A stretch of DNA of 37,612 bases from Candidatus Bipolaricaulia bacterium (GTDB taxonomy: Bacteria; Bipolaricaulota; Bipolaricaulia; RBG-16-55-9). Under the pieces are notes generated by a model. It had not been told where the DNA came from. It made no database searches and was given only the letters and a program-made list of their open reading frames with translations. The DNA lies in contig JBDGQO010000019.1 in the NCBI GenBank assembly GCA_042219045.1, forward strand, positions 1 to 37,612. The letters run 5' to 3'. The position numbers and the translations under genes were made by a program. This document shows, in pieces, positions 32,529-37,612 of this stretch (positions within the stretch are counted from its first letter, which is position 1; each line of letters starts with the position of its first letter).

Positions 32529-34253
32529 TTACATGCGCTCCGGCGCGCTCATGCCAATCAGGCCCAGTCCTGTGGCGAGCACGGTCTGGGCGCTTTGCAC
32601 AAGCGCCAGCCGCGCCCCTTCGAGTTCCGCGTCCTCGCCGAGGACCCGACAGGTGTCGTAGAACTTGTTGACGACGGCGGCCAAGTCGCCCAGATACGCC
32701 GCGACGGTGAAGGGATCGTACGTCTCCGCCGCGTGGCGAACTTTGTCGGGGAATTGCTCGATCCACTTGGCGAGCGCGACCTCGCTGCGCTCGGTCAGAC
32801 GGGCATACGCCGGCGCCTCGGGAACCTGACGATCGGCCTTGCGAAGGACACCGGCCATGCGGGCGTGGGTGTACTGGATGTAGGGCCCGCTCTTGCCCTC
32901 GAAGTTGACCACGTCCTCCCAGCGGAAGTTGATGTCGTGCGTGCGCGAGCGGCTGATCGTGGCGTAGATGACCGCGCTTACGCCTACGTCATGGGCGATC
33001 TGCTCGCGCTCGGCTTGAGGCAGATCGGCAATCTTGGCCACGTTCTCAATGATCTCGCGCGTCCGGTCGATCGCCTGCTGCGCCACGTCCTCGAAGAACA
33101 CGACGCGGCCCTTGCGGGTCGACATGCGCTGGTCCTCGAAGAGCACGACGCCGAAGGCAACGTGAACCAGGCGCTCGGCCCAGTCATAGCCCATCTTGGT
33201 CAAGGCCTCGAAAAACTGCTGGAAGTGCAGCGATTGGCCCGCGTCGACGACATAGAGCTTCCAGTCGAACTCGTACTGCTGCTGATGGTAAATGGCGGCA
33301 CAGAGATCCCGCGTGGCGTAGACCGTTGCGCCGTCGCGCTTGCGCAACATCAACGGCGGCCGGTCGGCGTCCGCGTCCGCCTCGTCCGCTTCGAGCGGAA
33401 TGACGATCGCGCCCTCGCTCTCCTGGGCAATGCCCTCTTCCATTAACCGTTCGATCAACGGGCTCGCCTGGTCGCGGTAGGCGCTCTCGCCGCGGATCTC
33501 CTCAAACTCGATGCCGAGCATGTCGTAGTAGGTGCGAAACGCCTCGAGGCTCTCCGCGACGAACCATTCCCACAGGTCGGTTGCCTCTGCGTCGCCGGCC
33601 TCCAGCTTCTGGAACCAATGACGGGCCTCGTCCTCCAGCTCGGGGGTCGTCTCGGCTTCCTCATGGAAGTCTACATAGAGCCGGAAGAGCTCGTAGACGC
33701 GGTCCGCTTCGACCTGCTCGCGTGAGCCCCAGCGCTTGTAGGCTGCAATCAGCGCGCCGAACTGCTTGCCCCAGTCCCCCAAGTAGTTGACGCCGACAAC
33801 GTCGTAGCCCAGATGGCGGTGGATCAGCTTGAGCGTGTGCCCGAGCACCGTCGAGCGCAGGTGGCCGACGCTGAACGGCCGGGCGATGTTCGGGGACGAG
33901 TAGTCGATGACGATCGTCTGATCGGCCCCCTCGTCGCTGCCGCCGAAGCGCTCGCCCTCCTGGAGGACGCGGCCGAGGACGTGGCTCATCAACTCGCCCC
34001 GGTCCACGGTCACGTTCAGATACGGGCCGGCGGCTTGGGCGTCTCGGATGGGATCCCCCACGATCGCTTCGGCCAGCTCTTGGGCGATCTCGGCGGGCGA
34101 ACGCCTCAGCCTCTGGGCCAAGGCGAAACACGGCAGCGCGTAGTCGCCCATGCTGTCATCGGGCGGCGTCGTCATCAGCTCACGCACGTCCGCGGTGGGC
34201 ACGTCCAAGACGCCGCCGACGCGCCGGGCGATCTCGTCAACGAGTGGATTCAT
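32529..34253 (-). CDS. argS: arginine--tRNA ligase
   Basis: DYSSPNIARPFSVGHLRS (HIGH-like), GDWGKQFG, MSTRKG, GPYIQYTHAR, APERM end. Confidence 0.98.
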   Translation of the reverse strand: MNPLVDEIARRVGGVLDVPTADVRELMTTPPDDSMGDYALPCFALAQRLRRSPAEIAQELAEAIVGDPIRDAQAAGPYLNVTVDRGELMSHVLGRVLQEGERFGGSDEGADQTIVIDYSSPNIARPFSVGHLRSTVLGHTLKLIHRHLGYDVVGVNYLGDWGKQFGALIAAYKRWGSREQVEADRVYELFRLYVDFHEEAETTPELEDEARHWFQKLEAGDAEATDLWEWFVAESLEAFRTYYDMLGIEFEEIRGESAYRDQASPLIERLMEEGIAQESEGAIVIPLEADEADADADRPPLMLRKRDGATVYATRDLCAAIYHQQQYEFDWKLYVVDAGQSLHFQQFFEALTKMGYDWAERLVHVAFGVVLFEDQRMSTRKGRVVFFEDVAQQAIDRTREIIENVAKIADLPQAEREQIAHDVGVSAVIYATISRSRTHDINFRWEDVVNFEGKSGPYIQYTHARMAGVLRKADRQVPEAPAYARLTERSEVALAKWIEQFPDKVRHAAETYDPFTVAAYLGDLAAVVNKFYDTCRVLGEDAELEGARLALVQSAQTVLATGLGLIGMSAPERM

Positions 34254-34270
34254 AGGCGTTCAGGATTGCG

Positions 34271-34537
34271 TCAGGACGGCCGATACTCCACGAAGAACCG
34301 CATCGCCGTCCGTTCCCGACTGTCGATCTCGATCTCGACAAACCCCGGCGTCATGATCAGATCCTGACCCTCGCGGTCAACGTCGCGGCGCGCGATCGCA
34401 ATGGCCTTCGCCGCCTGGTTGACGGCTCCCGCGCCGATGGCGTGGGCTTCCACGATCGGATTGCTCTCCAACGCGCTCGTCAGCGCACGGGCCACCGCGT
34501 TCGGATTGGACGTCGATGCGATCTTGAGCACTTCCAT
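34271..34537 (-). CDS. spoVS: stage V sporulation protein S family protein
   Basis: MEVLKIASTSNPNAVA...AIGAGAVNQAAKAIAIAR...ERTAMRF. Start at 34537 after SD GAAGGAGG. Confidence 0.93.
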   Translation of the reverse strand: MEVLKIASTSNPNAVARALTSALESNPIVEAHAIGAGAVNQAAKAIAIARRDVDREGQDLIMTPGFVEIEIDSRERTAMRFFVEYRPS

Positions 34538-34644
34538 GGTCCCTCCTTCTCGTCCCCACCGTTTTGGCCACCTCACGTCAAGACGCGAGGTGGAGACGAT
34601 GGCGAGCGTCGATGGCCACACGTAAGCCACCGGGCTCATCTCCA

Positions 34645-35625
34645 TCATCGGTTGCGACCGACCGCGAAGTCAAACGTGCGCAGCAGCAAGCGCTTCATCT
34701 CGGACTCGGCCAACCAGGCCAGCCGCGTCTGAGCGCGATCGACGCACGATTGCGCGCGTTCTCGCAATTGCTCCGGGATGCCGTACGAGCGCATGCGGTC
34801 GGTGAGCGCTGCTTGGTCGTCCTGGCCCAGCGGGGCGTTCAAGAGTCGATCCGCGCTCTCCGGCTCACGGCGTATCAGCTCGAGGAAGGGCCAGGTGAGC
34901 CAACCCCCGCGCCAGTCGCTCCAGCGCGGCTTGCCCAACTCATCGTCGCCGAAGACGTCCAGTAGGTCGTCGATCATCTGATAAGCCAGCCCAAGCTCGA
35001 CGCCCGCCTCGTAGACGTCGGTCTGTCGGTCGCGATCGAGTTCGGGATCGCCAACCATCGCGCCCACGGCGCACGCTGCTCCGATCAGCACGGCTGTCTT
35101 GCCTTCGTTGACCTGATCGTATTGGGCGTCGGTCGCGACGTCGCCTCGCAGGCTCTCTTGGAGGAGTTCCCCCTCCAGAACGCGATCCACGGTGTCGATA
35201 ATCAGCGCTCGAATCTCTTCGCGATGCGGGTTGAGCAGGCCGAACGCCCGTGAAAAGATGAAGTCACCTTCCAAAATCGCCGAGCGGTTGCTCGAGCGCT
35301 TCCACAGCGACGGACGATCGCGCCGCTCCTCCGTGTGGTCAATGACGTCATCGTGGGCAAGGGTCGCCAGGTGGATCAGCTCGACCACCGTCGCCAACTC
35401 CAAGACGTCGCGCTGCTCCCCGCGTTCGCCCAGGAGCTTGTAAAGCAAGATCGAAATGGCCGGGCGGAAGCGCTTGCCGCCGCTGTCAACCACGTATTGG
35501 CCCAGCTCCGCCACAGCCGGCACGTCGGAGTCGAGCCGCTCACGGAGGATCGCCTCGATCTCTCCGAGCTCGTTGCGAACGTAGGGGGCGCCTTGGGCGA
35601 TCAGCGGGTTTGCGGTTGCGGCCAT
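34645..35625 (-). CDS. polyprenyl diphosphate synthase (heptaprenyl/octaprenyl-like)
   Basis: GGKRFRP, ELIHLATLAHDDVID..RR (FARM), GKTA, YQMIDDLLD (SARM). Start 35625 or 35637. Confidence 0.93.
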   Translation of the reverse strand: MAATANPLIAQGAPYVRNELGEIEAILRERLDSDVPAVAELGQYVVDSGGKRFRPAISILLYKLLGERGEQRDVLELATVVELIHLATLAHDDVIDHTEERRDRPSLWKRSSNRSAILEGDFIFSRAFGLLNPHREEIRALIIDTVDRVLEGELLQESLRGDVATDAQYDQVNEGKTAVLIGAACAVGAMVGDPELDRDRQTDVYEAGVELGLAYQMIDDLLDVFGDDELGKPRWSDWRGGWLTWPFLELIRREPESADRLLNAPLGQDDQAALTDRMRSYGIPEQLRERAQSCVDRAQTRLAWLAESEMKRLLLRTFDFAVGRNR

Positions 35626-35655
35626 GGCGTTGATCAACTCGTTGGCAATAACTCA

Positions 35656-35727
35656 ATTGTACTCGGGAAGACACGCAGCATGCAAAACATAAGTCCGCTT
35701 GCGTCCGATTTCCCCGTGCGCTATAAA
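35656..35727. promoter_or_regulatory. divergent promoters between polyprenyl synthase and menA-like gene
   Basis: Minus: TTGCAT-18-TACAAT (35685-35656). Plus: TTGCGT-17-TATAAA (35699-35727). Confidence 0.5.
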
Positions 35728-35742
35728 CGTCTGGAGATTGCT

Positions 35743-36672
35743 ATGCCGACTCGTCAAAGCGCCCACGCCCAACCCGACCTCAAAACGCTCGCGTTGGCCA
35801 CGCGGCCATGGTCGTTCGCCATGACCGCCATCTCCGTGACGAGCGCGGCGTTGATCGCCCTGCCGACGTTCAACGTCGGGCTCTATCTCGTCACGCTGCT
35901 CGGCATGGTCCTCGCGCACGCCGCGACAAACCTCATCAACGACTACTACGACGTCAAGTTCGGCGTCGACCAGCCCGACGCCCCGACGGCCCGCTATCGC
36001 CCACATCCACTCGTCGACGGGACGCTGAAGGCCCATCAGGTCATGACGGAGTCGGTGGTGCTGTACGCCCTCGCCGGCCTGATCGGCGTCTATCTGTTGA
36101 TCATTCGCGGCTGGCCGATCGCGCTGTTGGCCATCATCGGCGGAATCGCCAGCGTCACCTACACCGCGACGCCCGTGCAGTACAAGTACCGCGGATTGGG
36201 AGAGCTGGCCGTCTTTGTGATGTGGGGCCCGCTCATGATGCTGGGCAGTCTCTACGTCCAGACGAACTCCTTCGCCCAAGCGAGTGACGTGTTGTGGGTC
36301 TCGCTGCCGGTCGGCATCTGGGTTGCGCTCGTGCTGTTGGCCAACAACCTCAAGGACATCCATTACGACCGGCGCATGGGCGCGGAGACGCTCGGCACGC
36401 TGCTCGGTCGCGAGGGGGCGCTCGGGCTGTTCATGGCGCTGGTGGTGGTGGCCTATCTCGTGACCGTCTTGGCCATCGTCGCGGGCGCGCTGCCCATCTG
36501 GAGCCTGCTCGTCTTCCTCTCCGCGCCTCAGGCTTACGCGGAGCTGCGCGACCTGCGCGGTGCTGACGAGATTCCCGTGGACGCCGATCCTCGTACTGCC
36601 CAGCTGTCCACGCGATACGGCCTGCTATTGGTCGGATCGCTGATCCTCAACGCCATCGTTCCCCTCCCATGA
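35743..36672 (+). CDS. menA: UbiA-family prenyltransferase, 1,4-dihydroxy-2-naphthoate polyprenyltransferase-like
   Basis: ATRPWSF, NLINDYYDVKFGVD, YKYRGLGE, LANNLKDIHYD. Start at ATG 35743 after SD GGAG. Confidence 0.85.
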   Translation: MPTRQSAHAQPDLKTLALATRPWSFAMTAISVTSAALIALPTFNVGLYLVTLLGMVLAHAATNLINDYYDVKFGVDQPDAPTARYRPHPLVDGTLKAHQVMTESVVLYALAGLIGVYLLIIRGWPIALLAIIGGIASVTYTATPVQYKYRGLGELAVFVMWGPLMMLGSLYVQTNSFAQASDVLWVSLPVGIWVALVLLANNLKDIHYDRRMGAETLGTLLGREGALGLFMALVVVAYLVTVLAIVAGALPIWSLLVFLSAPQAYAELRDLRGADEIPVDADPRTAQLSTRYGLLLVGSLILNAIVPLP

Positions 36673-37301
36673 CCTCATCCAGATCCTCGGCCGGCTTGAT
36701 CATCGCCTCGCTCGGGCTCGCGTTTGCGCTGTGGTACGCCGTATTCGGCTGGAGCAGCGGCATATTCTGGGTCAAGATCGCGCTGGCGGCGGCGCTCTTG
36801 GCCGCGATTTCGCTGGCCGTCATGGGCGACGCCCGCGTACAGCTGAAGGGCATCAAGGCCCGCGACGTCAAGTTGGGCCTCGGCTCGGCCGTGCTGCTCT
36901 ACGCCGTCTTCTGGGTGGGCCAGCTCGTGTTGACGGCGCTGTTTCCCGAAGCCGCCGACAGCGAGATCGGCCGCGTCTACGCCCCCAGGGACGAGACCTC
37001 GCTGTGGATCATCGCGGCGCTGTTGTTGTTCGTGACGGGCCCGTCGGAGGAGATCTACTGGCGCGGCTACCTGCAGCGCGTGCTCATGCAGCGGGCCGGA
37101 CCGGCCATGGGCTGGATCCTTGCCACGGCCGCGTACGCGCTCGTCCACATCTGGACGCTCAACGTGCCGCTCATTCTGGCCGCGTTCACGGCGGGGCTCG
37201 TCTGGGGCTGGATCTATCTCATGGAACGACGACTGTTGCCCGTGATCATCTCGCACGCGGTCTGGAGCGTGGCGATCTTCGTCTTCCTGCCCGTTCACTG
37301 A
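36669..37301 (+). CDS. CPBP family intramembrane metalloprotease (type II CAAX protease/Abi)
   Basis: EEIYWRG, YALVH, SHAVW motifs; multi-pass. ATGA overlap with the menA-like gene. Confidence 0.9.
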   Translation: MTSSRSSAGLIIASLGLAFALWYAVFGWSSGIFWVKIALAAALLAAISLAVMGDARVQLKGIKARDVKLGLGSAVLLYAVFWVGQLVLTALFPEAADSEIGRVYAPRDETSLWIIAALLLFVTGPSEEIYWRGYLQRVLMQRAGPAMGWILATAAYALVHIWTLNVPLILAAFTAGLVWGWIYLMERRLLPVIISHAVWSVAIFVFLPVH

Positions 37302-37394
37302 CTGTTCGACAGATCAAGCCATGGCAATCGCCATCCGACAAACGCTATCCTGAAGCAATCGATTCATCGACGGAACCATGGAGGAGGCAACCCT

Positions 37395-37612
37395 GTGACC
37401 CATCACCCATCCTTTCAGGAAGAACACCGCATCCTGCGACGATCCGTCCGCAATTTCGTCGACGAGGAACTCAACCCGCACGTCGACACCTGGGAAGCCG
37501 AGGGCCGTCTCCCCAAGGACGTATTCCGGAAGCTGGGCGAGCTCGGCGTGCTCGGCATCCGCTATCCCGAAGCCTACGGCGGCGCCGACGGCGACATCTG
37601 GAGCACGGTCGT
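37395..37612 (+). CDS. acyl-CoA dehydrogenase (N-terminus, runs off the window)
   Basis: GTG after SD GGAGGAGG. MTHHPSFQEEHRILRRSVRNFVDEELNPHVDTWEAEGRLPKDVFRKLGELGVLGIRYPEAYGG is a typical ACAD N-domain. Confidence 0.9.
   Translation, partial: MTHHPSFQEEHRILRRSVRNFVDEELNPHVDTWEAEGRLPKDVFRKLGELGVLGIRYPEAYGGADGDIWSTV

Noticed and set aside
31361..33446. Long plus-strand ORFs 31361-32671 and 32448-33446
   Set aside because: Antisense shadows of ftsY and argS.
34538..34648. 37-aa N-terminal extension of spoVS in the ORF track
   Set aside because: The family begins at MEVLK and a strong SD precedes ATG 34537.
35335..35742. N-terminal extension of the menA-like ORF to 445 aa
   Set aside because: Overlaps the polyprenyl synthase on the other strand; promoter and SD support ATG at 35743.

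Overview
A GC-rich bacterial chromosome segment. Many of its proteins look strongly acidic (Asp/Glu-rich), which suggests a salt-adapted organism; an Acetothermia/Bipolaricaulota-like lineage is my inference only. In order, the window holds: the start of gatB (running off the left edge); a short Cys-less thioredoxin-reductase-like flavoprotein; an Fe-S biogenesis locus (7Fe ferredoxin, HesB/IscA-like protein with a Cys-rich tail, sufC-sufB-sufD-sufU-Rieske ferredoxin-sufS) with a candidate shared Rrf2/IscR-like operator; a frameshifted VOC pseudogene; a lipoprotein, an ABC-2 exporter and a CDF metal exporter; a cyclodeaminase-suhB-asnS operon; an ATP-grasp ligase + CocE/NonD hydrolase pair; rpsF-ssb-rpsR with a structured leader and a structured downstream region; a CaCA antiporter; a 55-aa ribbon-helix-helix gene missing from the ORF track; an MrfB/MrfA-like (YprB/YprA) exonuclease-helicase pair; a secreted metzincin with EF-hand-like and T9SS-CTD-like tail; tRNA-Glu(CTC) followed by an accessory patch (membrane-anchored protein, gene remnant, SARP/BTAD-TPR regulator); ftsY, argS, spoVS; a polyprenyl synthase divergent from menA-like + CPBP protease; and the start of an acyl-CoA dehydrogenase. 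I saw no CRISPR array, transposase, integrase or rRNA. The best candidates for undescribed biology are the ATP-grasp/CocE pair, the IscA-metallothionein-like fusion with its operator, the T9SS-like sorting tail, the prenyltransferase-CPBP coupling and two candidate structured RNAs around the rpsF operon. All calls come from motif recognition by eye; no searches were run.
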